From Alphaproteobacteria bacterium (GTDB lineage: Bacteria > Pseudomonadota > Alphaproteobacteria > SP197), in NCBI GenBank assembly GCA_016869675.1, contig VGDP01000008.1, positions 5,147-69,146 of the forward strand: 64,000 bases of DNA, written 5' to 3'. Under the pieces are notes generated by a model. That model was not told the DNA's origin. It ran no database searches and saw nothing but the letters and a program-made list of their open reading frames with translations. A program made the position numbers and the translations under genes. Shown here piece after piece: positions 51,103 through 61,699 of this stretch (position 1 is its first letter; each line of letters begins with the position of its first letter).

Positions 51103-52265
51103 GGCCGCCCATGCCCGATTCCCGCGATCTACGCCCCGAAACACTCGCCGCCCAGGCGCTCGGCTGGATCGAGACGGGGACGCGGGCGATCGTGCCGTCG
51201 ATCGTGCCGGCGACGACGTTCGAGCGTGGCAGCGACCTCGGCTACCCCGGCGGCGCCAGCTACGGCCGCCATGGCGATGCCCTGGCGACGCGCCAGGCCG
51301 AGGCGCTGCTGGCCCGCCTGGAAGGTGGCGAACGCGCGCTGCTGTTCGCCTCGGGCATGGCCGCCATGGCGGCTGTGTTCCAGACGCTGCGCGTGGGCGA
51401 TCACGTGGTCGTGCAGCAGCCCTGCTACTACGGCGTCGGCCAGTGGGTGCGCGGCCAGGGGGTGGCGCGCGGGCTCAGCCATACCTTCGTGCCCGCGGGC
51501 GATATGGACGCGCTCGACGACGCCGTGCGTCCCGGCGAAACGCGTGTCGTGTGGATCGAGACGCCGACCAACCCGACATGGGACGTGGTCGACATTGGCG
51601 CGGCGGCGGCGATCGCGCGCGGCGCCGGCGCGCTCCTGGTGGTCGACAGCACGGTCGCCACGCCGGTGCTGACGCGGCCGATCGCGTCGGGCGCCGATAT
51701 CGTGATGCACTCCGCGACCAAGTACCTCAACGGCCACAGCGACGTGCTGGCCGGTGCGCTGGTCGTGCGCGCGGCGCGGCGCGACGTGATCGAGCGGCTG
51801 ATCGCCGTGCGCAACGACAACGGCGCGGTGCTGGGCCCGTTCGAGGCGTGGCTGCTGCTGCGCGGCATGCGCACCTTGTTCCCTCGGGTCCGGCAGGCGT
51901 CGGCCAGCGCCGCCGCCATCGCCGAACGGCTGGCCGATCATCGGGCCGTCGTGCAGGTGATGTACCCAGGGCTGGCCAACCGGCCGGGCCACACGATCGC
52001 GGCGCGCCAGATGGCGGGCGGATTCGGCGGCATGCTGTCGTTCCGGCCACGCGGGGGCCGTGCCGGCGCGCTCGCGGTGCACGGTCGGCTCGCGGTGTTC
52101 AAGCGGGCGACGTCGCTGGGCGGCGTCGAGAGCCTGGTGGAGCACCGCGCCAGCATCGAACCCGCGGGCAGCAAGGTGCCCGAGGATCTCTTGCGCCTCT
52201 CGGTCGGGCTCGAGCATCCCGACGACCTGATCGCCGATCTCGATTTGGCGCTCAACTCACTCTGA
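51103..52265 (+). CDS. Trans-sulfuration PLP enzyme (cystathionine gamma-synthase / O-succinylhomoserine sulfhydrylase family)
   Basis: Cys/Met-metabolism PLP family; PLP-Lys context SATKYLNGHSDVLAG. 387 aa. Confidence 0.75.
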
Positions 52266-52283
52266 CCTCCGGAGTCCTTCATC

Positions 52284-53384
52284 GTGTCGGCCTTGTTCGA
52301 GCCCCTGACGTTGCGTGACGTGCGCCTGCGTAACCGTGTCGGCATCTCGCCCATGTGCATGTACGCGTGCGTGGATGGCCTGGCCAACGACTGGCACCTG
52401 GTGCACCTGGGCAGCCGGGCGGTCGGCGGCGCCGGACTGGTCATCGTCGAGGCCAGCGCAGTCGAGCCGCGCGGCCGCATCGCGTCCGAGGACCTGGGCA
52501 TCTGGTCCGACGCCCACGCCCAGGCGCTCGCCCCGATCGCCGCCTTCATGGCGCGGCACGGCGCCCAGCCGGCGATCCAGGTCGCCCATGCGGGGCGCAA
52601 GGGCAGCACCAACCCACCCTGGCGGGGGGACCGGTCCCTGACGACGGCCGAAGGCGCCTGGACGACCATCGCGCCCTCGGCCGAGCCGTTCGATCCTCCG
52701 GGCGGCACGGTCGATCAGGTGCCCGCGGCCATGACCGAGGACGACATCCGCGCGGTCATCGCGGCCTTCGCCGCCGCGGCGCGGCGCGCCGACCAGGCCG
52801 GGTTCACGGTGCTCGAGGTCCATGCCGCCCACGGCTACCTGCTGCACGAGTTCCTCTCGCCGCTCGCCAACCGGCGCGACGACCGCTGGGGCGGTTCGTT
52901 CGACGGGCGGGCGCGGCTGGTGCTTGAGGTCGTGCGCGCGGTGCGCGGTGTGTGGCCCGACGCTAAGCCCCTGCTGGTGCGCTTCTCGGCGGTGGATTGG
53001 CTACCCGGCGGCTGGACCCTCGAGGACTCGGTCGCGCTCGCCCGCCGGCTGAAGGCGGAAGGCGTCGACATGATCGACGCCAGTTCCGGCTGGGTGGTGC
53101 CGGGCGAGGCGCCGCCCTTCGGTCCCGGCTGGCAGGTGCCGCTGGCTGCGCGCATCCGGCGCGACGCCGCGATACCGACCGCGGCGGTGGGCGCGATCAG
53201 CGATCCCGCCCAGGCCGAGGCGATCGTCGCCGAAGGCCACGCCGACCTGGCGCTGATCGCCACGGCCAGCCTGCACGATCCCTACTGGCCGTTCCACGCG
53301 GCACGGGCGCTCGGCGCGCTCGACCGCCTGCCGCTGCCGCCGTCCTACGACTACGTGCTGCGGCCGCCCGCGAGGAACCCATGA
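52284..53384 (+). CDS. NADH:flavin oxidoreductase (Old Yellow Enzyme family)
   Basis: OYE TIM-barrel; the [14 protein letters not shown] active-site region matches the YqjM/NamA type. GTG start. Confidence 0.8.
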   Translation: MSALFEPLTLRDVRLRNRVGISPMCMYACVDGLANDWHLVHLGSRAVGGAGLVIVEASAVEPRGRIASEDLGIWSDAHAQALAPIAAFMARHGAQPAIQVAHAGRKGSTNPPWRGDRSLTTAEGAWTTIAPSAEPFDPPGGTVDQVPAAMTEDDIRAVIAAFAAAARRADQAGFTVLEVHAAHGYLLHEFLSPLANRRDDRWGGSFDGRARLVLEVVRAVRGVWPDAKPLLVRFSAVDWLPGGWTLEDSVALARRLKAEGVDMIDASSGWVVPGEAPPFGPGWQVPLAARIRRDAAIPTAAVGAISDPAQAEAIVAEGHADLALIATASLHDPYWPFHAARALGALDRLPLPPSYDYVLRPPARNP

Positions 53385-53995
53385 TCGACCTCTACACCGA
53401 CGCGACGCCCAACGGGCGCAAGGTCTCGATCATGCTCGAGGAGGTCGGCCTGCCCTACACGGTGCACCACATCGATATCGGCAAGGGCGACCAGTTCACG
53501 CCCGCGTTCGTGCGCATCAACCCCAACAGCAAGATCCCGGCCATCGTCGATCGCGACGCCGAGGGCGGCCCGCTCGCGGTGTTCGAATCCGGCGCGATCC
53601 TGGTCTATCTGGCCGAGATCACCGGCCGGCTCATGCCGCGCGACCGGCGCGGACGCACGGTGGTCCTGCAGTGGCTGATGTTCCAGATGGGCGGGGTCGG
53701 GCCGATGTTCGGCCAGGCCAACCATTTCCGCCGCTTCGCCAAGGAACAAGTGCCCTACGCCATCGAGCGCTACACGAAGGAGGCGCACCGGCTCTACGGC
53801 GTGCTCGATCGTCGGCTCGCCGAGGTGCCGTTCCTGGCCGGCGACTACTCGATCGCCGACATCGCGACCTGGCCGTGGGTCGCCCGGTGGGAATGGCATG
53901 GCATCGACATGGCGTCGATCCCCAACGTCAAGCGCTGGTTCGACGAGATCAGCGCGCGCCCTGCGGTCCAGCGCGGCCGCGCCGTACCGGGATGA
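53381..53995 (+). CDS. Glutathione S-transferase (YfcG/YghU-like)
   Basis: 204 aa GST fold. ATGA overlaps with both neighbours. Confidence 0.75.
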   Translation: MIDLYTDATPNGRKVSIMLEEVGLPYTVHHIDIGKGDQFTPAFVRINPNSKIPAIVDRDAEGGPLAVFESGAILVYLAEITGRLMPRDRRGRTVVLQWLMFQMGGVGPMFGQANHFRRFAKEQVPYAIERYTKEAHRLYGVLDRRLAEVPFLAGDYSIADIATWPWVARWEWHGIDMASIPNVKRWFDEISARPAVQRGRAVPG

Positions 53996-54495
53996 GCGGC
54001 CCGCTGGCCAGCGCCTCGGTCGAGCGCGTGCGCGCGGCGCTGGTTGCCGCCTCCGCGCCCGACACCATCGTCGCCCTGGACCATACGGCCCGCACGGCCG
54101 AGGACGCGGCGAAGGCCGTGGATTGTCCGCTCGGCGCCATCGTCAAGACGCTCGCCTTCATGGTCGATGATCGGCTGGTGCTGGCATTGGTGGCCGGCGA
54201 TCGGCGCTGCGATGCCCTGGCCCTGGGCCGCGCGTTCGGGTCAGCCAGCGCGGCGGCGCGCGCCGATGCCGACCGCGTGAGGGCCGCGACCGGCTTCGCC
54301 ATCGGCGGCGTCGCGCCGATCGGGCATCCCCAGTCCTTGCCCGTGGCCGTCGATCCGAGTCTTGCCCGCTTCGCCACCCTTTACGCCGCCGCCGGCCACG
54401 CGCACTGCGTTTTCGTCACCGCCTACGACAGCCTGCTCGCCATGACCGGGGGAACGCCCGTACCGGGCCTGGGCATCGAGGCGCGGCCGGGTTGA
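53992..54495 (+). CDS. YbaK/ProX-family aminoacyl-tRNA deacylase-like protein
   Basis: About 167 aa; overall YbaK/EbsC-like pattern ([23 protein letters not shown]...[12 protein letters not shown]). Confidence 0.6.
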   Translation: MSGPLASASVERVRAALVAASAPDTIVALDHTARTAEDAAKAVDCPLGAIVKTLAFMVDDRLVLALVAGDRRCDALALGRAFGSASAAARADADRVRAATGFAIGGVAPIGHPQSLPVAVDPSLARFATLYAAAGHAHCVFVTAYDSLLAMTGGTPVPGLGIEARPG

Positions 54496-54551
54496 CGGAG
54501 CGGGGTCGCTCGCCTATAAGACCGCCTCTCGCGCGGCACGGGGCCGGTATC

Positions 54552-54677
54552 ATGAAGATTCGCAATTCCTTGCGCTCGGCGAAGCAGCGCCACGGCAAGT
54601 GCCAGATCGTGCGGCGGCGCGGGCGGCTCTACGTCATCAACAAGACCGCGCGCCGCTTCAAGGCGCGCCAGGGCTAG
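54552..54677 (+). CDS. rpmJ: 50S ribosomal protein L36 (41 aa, single-Cys alphaproteobacterial/YkgO-like type)
   Basis: [41 protein letters not shown], embedded in the 54492-54677 ORF. Confidence 0.85.
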   Translation: MKIRNSLRSAKQRHGKCQIVRRRGRLYVINKTARRFKARQG

Positions 54678-54775
54678 AGCCCCAGGGCTACAGCCCAAGC
54701 CCATTCGCTTCTGTTAGGATACGCCCCGCCGTGGCCCCAGGGCCCGCGGCGCCGATTGGCTTGGGGCGAGGCACC

Positions 54776-56257
54776 ATGGCGGGCACCGATCTGACCGGTC
54801 TGAGCGCGGCCGAGACGGCGCTCCTGGTGCGTCGGCGTAGCGTCTCGCCGGTCGAGGTGGTCGAGGCCGCGATCCGGCGGATCGAAGCGCGCAACCCCTC
54901 GCTCAACGCCTTCGTCCATCTGGGGTTCGACGACGCGCGCCAGGCGGCGCGCCAGGCCGAGCAAGCAGTCATGACCGGGGCGGCGCTGGGGCCGCTCCAC
55001 GGCGTGCCGGTCGCCATCAAGGACCTGTTCGACTTCAAGCCCGGTTGGCCGGCGACGCTCGGCGGCATCCGCGCCCTCAGGAACTTCGTGGTCAACGCCC
55101 ACTGCGGCTTCTCCGAACGCATCGAGCAGGGCGGGGCGATCATCGTTGGCAAGACCAACAGCCCCGTGCTCGGCTTCCGCGGCGTGTGCGACAACTACCT
55201 GTTCGGGCCGTCGCGCAACCCGTTCGACACTCGACGCAACACGGGCGGCTCGTCGGGCGGCAGCGCGGGCGCCGTGGCCGACGGCATGGTGCCCCTGGCC
55301 GAAGGCACCGACGGCGGTGGCTCGACGCGCATCCCGGCCGCGTGGTGCGGGGTCTACGGCTACAAGGCGTCGTTCGGCCGCGTGCCCCGGCTCAGCCGGC
55401 CCAACGCCTTCGGCTCCGCGACGCCGTTCCTGTTCGAAGGCCCGATCACGCGCACGGTCGAGGACGCGGCGCTCGCCATGTCCGTGCTGGGCGGCTACCA
55501 CAGTCGCGATCCGTTCAGCCTGGACCAGGACGTCGACTACCTGGGCGCGCTGCGCCGCCCGGTGCGTGGGATGCACATCGCCTATAGCCGCGACCTGGAT
55601 GTTTTTCCGGTGGACGCGCGCGTCACGGCCGTCGTGGACAAGGCGGTGCGCGCCTTCGAGGAGGCCGGCGCCCATGTCGAGGAGGTCAAGGTCGGCATCA
55701 CGCGCTCGCAGCAGGAGCTGAGCGACCTGTGGTGCCGGCTCATCGTGCCCTTGAGCGTGCAGGGCTTCGAGGGGTTGAAGCGCGCTGGCATCGACCTGAT
55801 CGGCGACCACCGCGATGATCTGCCGCCCGAGTTCCTGCACTGGTACGACGTCGGCGTGCGGCTCACGGTGGCCGAGCACTACCGCGACCAGGAGATGCGC
55901 ACCGAGGTATTCGACGCCATCCAGGGCGTGTTCGACCGGTTCGATCTGCTGGTCACGCCGACGCTGGCGTGCCTGCCGGTCGAGAACACGACCGACGGCA
56001 ACACGCTAGGACCGCGCGCCATCAACGGCCAGCCGGTCGATCCGTTGATCGGCTGGTGCCTGACCTACCCGATCAACTTCACCGGCCATCCGGCCGCGTC
56101 GATCCCGGCCGGTCTCGCCGAAGGCAACCTGCCGGTGGGCATGCAGATCGTCGGGCGGCGCTACGCCGACTGGGACGTGCTGGCGGCCAGCGCCGCGTTC
56201 GAGCGCCTGCGCCCCTGGGCCGCCACGTACGCCATCCCGGCGGCCAGGCCCCTTTAG
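54776..56257 (+). CDS. Amidase (amidase-signature family)
   Basis: [14 protein letters not shown] signature with a Ser-cisSer-Lys triad context. 493 aa from [21 protein letters not shown]. Confidence 0.8.
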   Translation: MAGTDLTGLSAAETALLVRRRSVSPVEVVEAAIRRIEARNPSLNAFVHLGFDDARQAARQAEQAVMTGAALGPLHGVPVAIKDLFDFKPGWPATLGGIRALRNFVVNAHCGFSERIEQGGAIIVGKTNSPVLGFRGVCDNYLFGPSRNPFDTRRNTGGSSGGSAGAVADGMVPLAEGTDGGGSTRIPAAWCGVYGYKASFGRVPRLSRPNAFGSATPFLFEGPITRTVEDAALAMSVLGGYHSRDPFSLDQDVDYLGALRRPVRGMHIAYSRDLDVFPVDARVTAVVDKAVRAFEEAGAHVEEVKVGITRSQQELSDLWCRLIVPLSVQGFEGLKRAGIDLIGDHRDDLPPEFLHWYDVGVRLTVAEHYRDQEMRTEVFDAIQGVFDRFDLLVTPTLACLPVENTTDGNTLGPRAINGQPVDPLIGWCLTYPINFTGHPAASIPAGLAEGNLPVGMQIVGRRYADWDVLAASAAFERLRPWAATYAIPAARPL

Positions 56258-56267
56258 GTTCCACGCC

Positions 56268-57755
56268 GTGCAGATGCCCGCGCCCGACTTGGCCGTGCTG
56301 GCGCGCCGCGCCGCGCTGGTCGCCCGTTTGCGCTCGCTTGTCCCCGGCGAAGGCGTCATCGCCGACGAGGTGGGCCTGCGCGCCTACGATTGCGACGGCC
56401 TGACCGCGTACCGGCAGGTGCCGCTCGCCGTCGTGCTGCCCGAGCGGACCGAGCAGGTCTCGGCGGTCCTCCGTTTCTGCCAGAGCGAAGGCGTCAAGGT
56501 GGTGCCGCGCGGCGCCGGCACGGGCCTGTCGGGCGGCGCGCTGCCGCTGACCGACGGCATCGTGCTCGGACTCGGCAAGTTCAACCGCATCCTCGAGGTC
56601 GATGCGGCGAACCGCTGCGCCGTGGTGCAGCCGGGCGTCACCAACCTGTCGGTCAGCCAGGCCGCGGCGCCCCACGGCCTCTACTACGCACCGGATCCGT
56701 CCAGCCAGATCGCCTGCACCATCGGCGGCAACGTGGCCGAGAACTCGGGCGGCGTGCATTGCCTGAAGTACGGCGTCACTGCAACCAACCTGTTGGGCGT
56801 CGAGCTGGTGCTGATGGACGGCACCGTGGTCCGCCTGGGTGGCAAGGCGGGCGATGCGGGCGGCTATGACCTGCTCGGCGTCGTCACCGGGTCCGAGGGG
56901 CTTCTGGGTGTCGTGACCGAGGCGACCGTGCGGCTCCTGCCCGCGCCCGCGACGGCGCGCGCCCTGCTGCTCGGCTTCACGACCAGCGCCGATGCCGCGC
57001 GTTGCGTCGCCGCGGTGATCGCGGCCGGTATCGTCCCGGCCGGCATGGAGATGATGGACAAGCCGGCGATCGACGCGACCGAGGCGTTCTGCCACCCGGG
57101 CTATCCCATGGACGCCGGTGCGATCCTGATCGTCGAGCTGGACGGCCACGCGGTCGAGGTGGACGAGCTTGTGGAACGCGTCGCGACGATCGCCCGCGAC
57201 GGTGGCGCCACCACCGTGCGCGCCAGCGCCGACGAGGACGAACGGCTGCTGTTCTGGAAGGGCCGCAAGTCGGCGTTCCCGGCGGTCGGACGCATCACGC
57301 CGGACTATCTGTGCATGGACGGCACGATCCCGCGCGCCCGCGTCGCCGAGGTGCTGGAGCGCATGACGGCCCTGGCCGCGGCGCGCGGCCTGCGCGTGGC
57401 CAATGTCTTTCACGCCGGCGACGGCAACCTGCACCCGCTGATCCTCTACGACGCCAACGAGCCGGGTCAGCTCGAGGCGGCCGAGGCCTTGGGCGCCGAT
57501 ATCCTGAAGCTCTGCGTCGAGGTCGGCGGCGTGCTGACCGGCGAACACGGCGTGGGCATCGAGAAGCGCGACCTGATGGGCACCATGTTCAGCGACGCCG
57601 ATCTGGCCCAGCAGCAGCGGCTCAAGTGTGCCTTCGACCCCGACGGCCTGGCCAACCCGGGCAAGGTGTTCCCGACGCTGCACCGCTGCGCCGAACTCGG
57701 CCGCATGCATGTGCACGAGGGCCAGCTCAAGTTCGCCCACCTGCCCCGGTTCTGA
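56268..57755 (+). CDS. glcD: Glycolate oxidase FAD-binding subunit
   Basis: FAD_binding_4 plus FAD-oxidase C-terminal domains. 495 aa. First gene of glcDEF. Confidence 0.85.
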   Translation: MQMPAPDLAVLARRAALVARLRSLVPGEGVIADEVGLRAYDCDGLTAYRQVPLAVVLPERTEQVSAVLRFCQSEGVKVVPRGAGTGLSGGALPLTDGIVLGLGKFNRILEVDAANRCAVVQPGVTNLSVSQAAAPHGLYYAPDPSSQIACTIGGNVAENSGGVHCLKYGVTATNLLGVELVLMDGTVVRLGGKAGDAGGYDLLGVVTGSEGLLGVVTEATVRLLPAPATARALLLGFTTSADAARCVAAVIAAGIVPAGMEMMDKPAIDATEAFCHPGYPMDAGAILIVELDGHAVEVDELVERVATIARDGGATTVRASADEDERLLFWKGRKSAFPAVGRITPDYLCMDGTIPRARVAEVLERMTALAAARGLRVANVFHAGDGNLHPLILYDANEPGQLEAAEALGADILKLCVEVGGVLTGEHGVGIEKRDLMGTMFSDADLAQQQRLKCAFDPDGLANPGKVFPTLHRCAELGRMHVHEGQLKFAHLPRF

Positions 57756-57762
57756 GACGGCA

Positions 57763-58963
57763 CGCCATGGCGGCCCTTAACCCCGCCGACGCGCACGAGG
57801 TGCGCGCCATCGTGGGCGAAGCCATGGCGGCCGGTGCGACGCTGGCCGTCGAAGGCGGCGGCAGCAAGCGCGGGCTTGGCCGACCGGTCGCGGCGACGCA
57901 CACCCTGAGCCTGGTGCGACTCGACGGCATCATCGACTACGCGCCGTCCGAGCTGGTGCTGACCGCGCGGGCGGGAACCGCGCTTTCGGTCATCGAGGCA
58001 CTGCTCGCCCAGCATGGCCAGCACCTGGCGTTCGAGCCGCCCGACACGTCGGCGCAGCTCGGGCCTGGCGCGCCGACGCTGGGTGGCCTGGTGGCGTGCA
58101 ACCTAGCGGGGCCGCGCCGCCTGCGCGCCGGCGCCTGCCGCGACCATGTGTTGGGCATCGAGGCGGTCACCGGATTCGCCGAGATCGTCAAGGCCGGCGG
58201 CAAGGTGGTGAAGAACGTCACGGGCTACGACCTGCCCAAGCTGTTCGCCGGCAGTTTCGGCACGCTCGGTGTCATGACCGCGATCACGATGAAGGTCCTA
58301 CCGCGCCCTGAGAAGACGCGCACCGTGCTTGTCTTCGGCCTGGACGGCGCCGCGGCCGGATCCCTGATGATCGAGCTCGCGCGCGGACCGCTCGATGTCT
58401 CGGCGCTCGCCTACGTGCCGCGCGCGGTCGCCGCGCGCTCGGCCGTGGGTTACGTGGCCGGTGCCGGATCGTCGGTGCTGGCGGCGCGGCTGGAGGGGCC
58501 GCCGCGCTCGGTGCTGGCGCGCACCGAGGCGGCGCGTGCGCGGCTCGGTGCGCACGCGCCGGTCGAGGAGCTGCACGGCCACAACTCGGCCGCTCTGTGG
58601 CGTGAGATCGGCTTCGGCGCCCTGCTGGCCGCGCCGGCCTCGCGCCCGGTCTGGCGCCTGGGGGTACCGCCGGCGGACGGCGCGGCGGCGCTGCGCGCGT
58701 TGGAACAGGCTGGCGCCGAAGGCTATCTCGACGCCGCGGGCGGCACCCTCTGGGCCGCGGCGGAGGAACCGGTCCCGGTCCACGACCTCGCCGCGCGGCA
58801 CGGCGGTACGGCGATGCTGGTCCGCGCCCCGGCCGAAGCGCGCGCGCGCATGCCCGTCTTCGCGCCCCAGGCCCCAGCGCTCGCCGCGCTCGAGCGGCGC
58901 GTCAAGCAGGCGTTCGACCCCAAGGGCGTGTTCGAGCCCGGCCGCCGCGTCGAAGGCGTCTGA
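57763..58963 (+). CDS. glcE: Glycolate oxidase subunit GlcE (FAD-binding)
   Basis: 400 aa FAD-binding PCMH-type protein between glcD and glcF. Confidence 0.8.
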
Positions 58964-58965
58964 CC

Positions 58966-60276
58966 ATGCGCACCAGCTTCGCCCCGCACCGGCTCGACGA
59001 CCCGGACATCCGCGAAGCCAACGGCATCCTGCGCACGTGCGTGCACTGCGGGTTCTGCACGGCGACGTGCCCGACCTACGTGTTGACCGGCGACGAGCGC
59101 GACAGCCCGCGCGGGCGCATCGTCCTGATCAAGGAGATGCTGGAGCGCGACGAACCGGCGGACGCCACGGTCACGCGCCACATCGACCGTTGCCTCGGTT
59201 GCCTGGCGTGCACCAGCACGTGCCCGTCGGGCGTCGACTACATGCACCTGGTCGATCTGGCGCGCGACCGCATCGAGCGCACGTACCACCGACCCGCGGC
59301 CGATCGTGTGCGCCGCTGGGCGCTTGCCCACGTGCTGCCCTACCAGCACCTGTTTCGATGGGCCATGGGCCTGGGGCGGCTGACGCGGCCCGTCGCGGCT
59401 TGGCTGCCCGCCGGCCTGTGCGCCATGATCGAACTGCTGCCCGCGCGGGAGCCCGTGCCCGCCGCCGAGGCCGCGCCCGCGACCGTCGCGACGCCGGTCC
59501 TGCGCGTGGCGCTGGCGCCGGCCTGCGTGCAGCCGGCGCTCGACCCGGCGATCGACGCCGCGTGTCGGCGCCTGCTCGCGCGGCTCGGTGTCCAGGTCGT
59601 GGCGGTTCCCGGCACGGGGTGCTGTGGTGCGCTCACACACCACATGGGTCGGCGCGAGGACGCGCGCGCCGCCGCCCGGCGCAACGTCGCGGCGTTCCGC
59701 CCCTGGCTGGCCGCCGGTCGGTTGGACGCGATCGTCGTCACCGCGTCCGGCTGCGGCACGCTGCTCAAGGACTATGGCCACCTGCTGGCGGACGACCCGG
59801 ACTTCGCCCACGATGCCCGGCGCCTCGCCTCGCTCGCGCGCGACGTGACCGAGGTACTCGACCCCCTGATGCGGGCGCGGACTCCGCCGGCCGGCGATCA
59901 CACGGGCCTCTCCGTCGCCTATCACGCCGCCTGCTCGCTGCAGCATGGCCAGAAGATCGCCGGCCTACCGGAAGCCCTGCTGCGGTGCGCCGGCTTCGAG
60001 GTGCGACCCATCGGCGAAGGCCACCTGTGCTGCGGCTCGGCCGGCACCTACAACCTGCTGCAACCCGCCTTCGCCACGGCCCTGCGTGATCGCAAGGCGC
60101 GCAACATCGCGGCGACAGGCGCCAAGGCCCTCGCCGCCGGCAACATCGGCTGCCTCGTGCAGTTGCGCGGAGTCGTCGGCGTTCCGGCGGTGCACACGGT
60201 GGAGCTGCTCGACTGGGCTTGGGGCGGCCCGGCACCGGCCGCGTTCGCCCGCGCCGTCGATCACGAGACTGTGTAG
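58966..60276 (+). CDS. glcF: Glycolate oxidase iron-sulfur subunit
   Basis: Two 4Fe-4S ferredoxin motifs (CVHCGFCTATCP, CLGCLACTSTCP) and C-terminal CCG domains. Confidence 0.85.
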   Translation: MRTSFAPHRLDDPDIREANGILRTCVHCGFCTATCPTYVLTGDERDSPRGRIVLIKEMLERDEPADATVTRHIDRCLGCLACTSTCPSGVDYMHLVDLARDRIERTYHRPAADRVRRWALAHVLPYQHLFRWAMGLGRLTRPVAAWLPAGLCAMIELLPAREPVPAAEAAPATVATPVLRVALAPACVQPALDPAIDAACRRLLARLGVQVVAVPGTGCCGALTHHMGRREDARAAARRNVAAFRPWLAAGRLDAIVVTASGCGTLLKDYGHLLADDPDFAHDARRLASLARDVTEVLDPLMRARTPPAGDHTGLSVAYHAACSLQHGQKIAGLPEALLRCAGFEVRPIGEGHLCCGSAGTYNLLQPAFATALRDRKARNIAATGAKALAAGNIGCLVQLRGVVGVPAVHTVELLDWAWGGPAPAAFARAVDHETV

Positions 60277-60320
60277 GCCACGCGCTTGCGGCGCAGGATC
60301 GCAATCCCTAACCTCGGGCC

Positions 60321-60869
60321 ATGAAGCGCGCCCTTGCACTTGCCCTCGCCCTTTGGGCGACCCTCGGCCCGGCCCTGGCGGGCCAGGACGACCCCCGGCT
60401 GCTTGAAATGTTCGTCCGCCTCCAGGGCCATCTGGACCAGACGGAAGCCGAGCGATTGGAAACCGAAATCTGGTCGGTTTGGTATCAGAACGACGACAGC
60501 GCGATCACGTCCCTCATGCACCAGGGGCGCGCCGCCATGTCGATCGGCGACTTCGACGACGCCGAGGCGTACTACAGCCAGGTGATCGAGCGCGATCCCG
60601 CCTTCGCCGAGGGCTGGAACCGTCGGGCCACGCTCTACTACCTGATGGGGCGCTACGAGGATTCCATCGCCGACGTGACCAGGACCCTGGAGCTGGAGCC
60701 GCGCCATTTCGGCGCGCTGAGCGGCATGGGCCTGATCTACACGGCGCTCAAGGACGAGGAGACGGCGCTTGTCTGGTTCGAGAAGGCGCTGGAGGTCAAC
60801 CCGCACATGGCGGGCGTGCGCTACCGCGTCGAGTTGATCAAGAAGCGCCTGGCCGGTGAACCGACCTGA
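60321..60869 (+). CDS. Secreted tetratricopeptide-repeat (TPR) protein
   Basis: Signal peptide MKRALALALALWATLGPALAG; three TPR-like repeats (AEAYYSQVIERDPAFAEGWNRRATLYYLMGRYEDS...). Confidence 0.65.
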   Translation: MKRALALALALWATLGPALAGQDDPRLLEMFVRLQGHLDQTEAERLETEIWSVWYQNDDSAITSLMHQGRAAMSIGDFDDAEAYYSQVIERDPAFAEGWNRRATLYYLMGRYEDSIADVTRTLELEPRHFGALSGMGLIYTALKDEETALVWFEKALEVNPHMAGVRYRVELIKKRLAGEPT

Positions 60870-60882
60870 CAACGGGTTCGAC

Positions 60883-61683
60883 CTAATTCAACGCGTCGAG
60901 CAGCGCTCGGGCTTCCTTCAAGTCGCGTGTCTCGACGCCCTCGGTGAACCAGCCGTGAATCGGCGCGAGCAGGTCGTGAGCGCGACGTCGTTCGCCCCGC
61001 TCCGTCCACAGCCGCGCCAAGCCCATGGCCGCACGGAGCCCCCACAGGCGAGCCTTCTGCTCCCGCGCCGTCGCCAGCGCGCGCTGGAACGCGGCCTCCG
61101 CCTCGTCCTGTGCGTCGGGGCGTAGGAGGACGAGGACCACGCCTTGCCGCCGTTGAATCTCGGCACGGGCGAAGAGAGCCCCGCTTTGCTCCGCCTGCGC
61201 TTCGGCCTCGAGACTCGTCGCTATCGCCGCGTCGTCCTCGTGCGCCTGGGGGTAGCCGAAGTAGACCAGCACCCCGTCGCCCATGTACTTCGCGACATGG
61301 CCGCCGTAGCGCGCCACCTCCGCCCCCAGCGCGTCCTGGTACGCGCCCAGCAGATCCCGTAGCTCCTCAGGGTCCAGCGTCAGCGCCAGCTCCGTAGACC
61401 CCACAAGATCCACGAACATCACCGTCAGCTGCCGGCGCTCCGCCGGAGACGAGGCGGTGCGCGAGGGCGACGGGGCGGCGGCCCCCTGGTCCCGGATCGC
61501 CTTCAGCAGTTTGAGGCGGGCGCCCAGCGGCAGGCCGAGTTCCTTGAGATGCTCGTCGCTGAGCTCGCGCAGCGAATCGCCGTCGATCTCCGCCGCGGCG
61601 AAGGCCGGCGCGTACTTCTCGAGCCCGAGTGATGTCAGCCACGCCGCAAGGTCACGCAAGATGCCCCGGTCTTGGGTCGTCAC
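60883..61683 (-). CDS. Internally deleted remnant of a SAM-domain / class III nucleotidyl-cyclase / STAND-ATPase / TPR protein (266 aa; intact ORF but domain-incomplete)
   Basis: N-terminal SAM domain ([50 protein letters not shown]). First half of the cyclase domain ([17 protein letters not shown]...[20 protein letters not shown]). Then only the characteristic C-terminal tail of the >1000-aa homologues ([14 protein letters not shown]...[24 protein letters not shown]). Confidence 0.55.
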   Translation of the reverse strand: MTTQDRGILRDLAAWLTSLGLEKYAPAFAAAEIDGDSLRELSDEHLKELGLPLGARLKLLKAIRDQGAAAPSPSRTASSPAERRQLTVMFVDLVGSTELALTLDPEELRDLLGAYQDALGAEVARYGGHVAKYMGDGVLVYFGYPQAHEDDAAIATSLEAEAQAEQSGALFARAEIQRRQGVVLVLLRPDAQDEAEAAFQRALATAREQKARLWGLRAAMGLARLWTERGERRRAHDLLAPIHGWFTEGVETRDLKEARALLDALN

Positions 61684-61699
61684 GACACGCTAGCATCCC

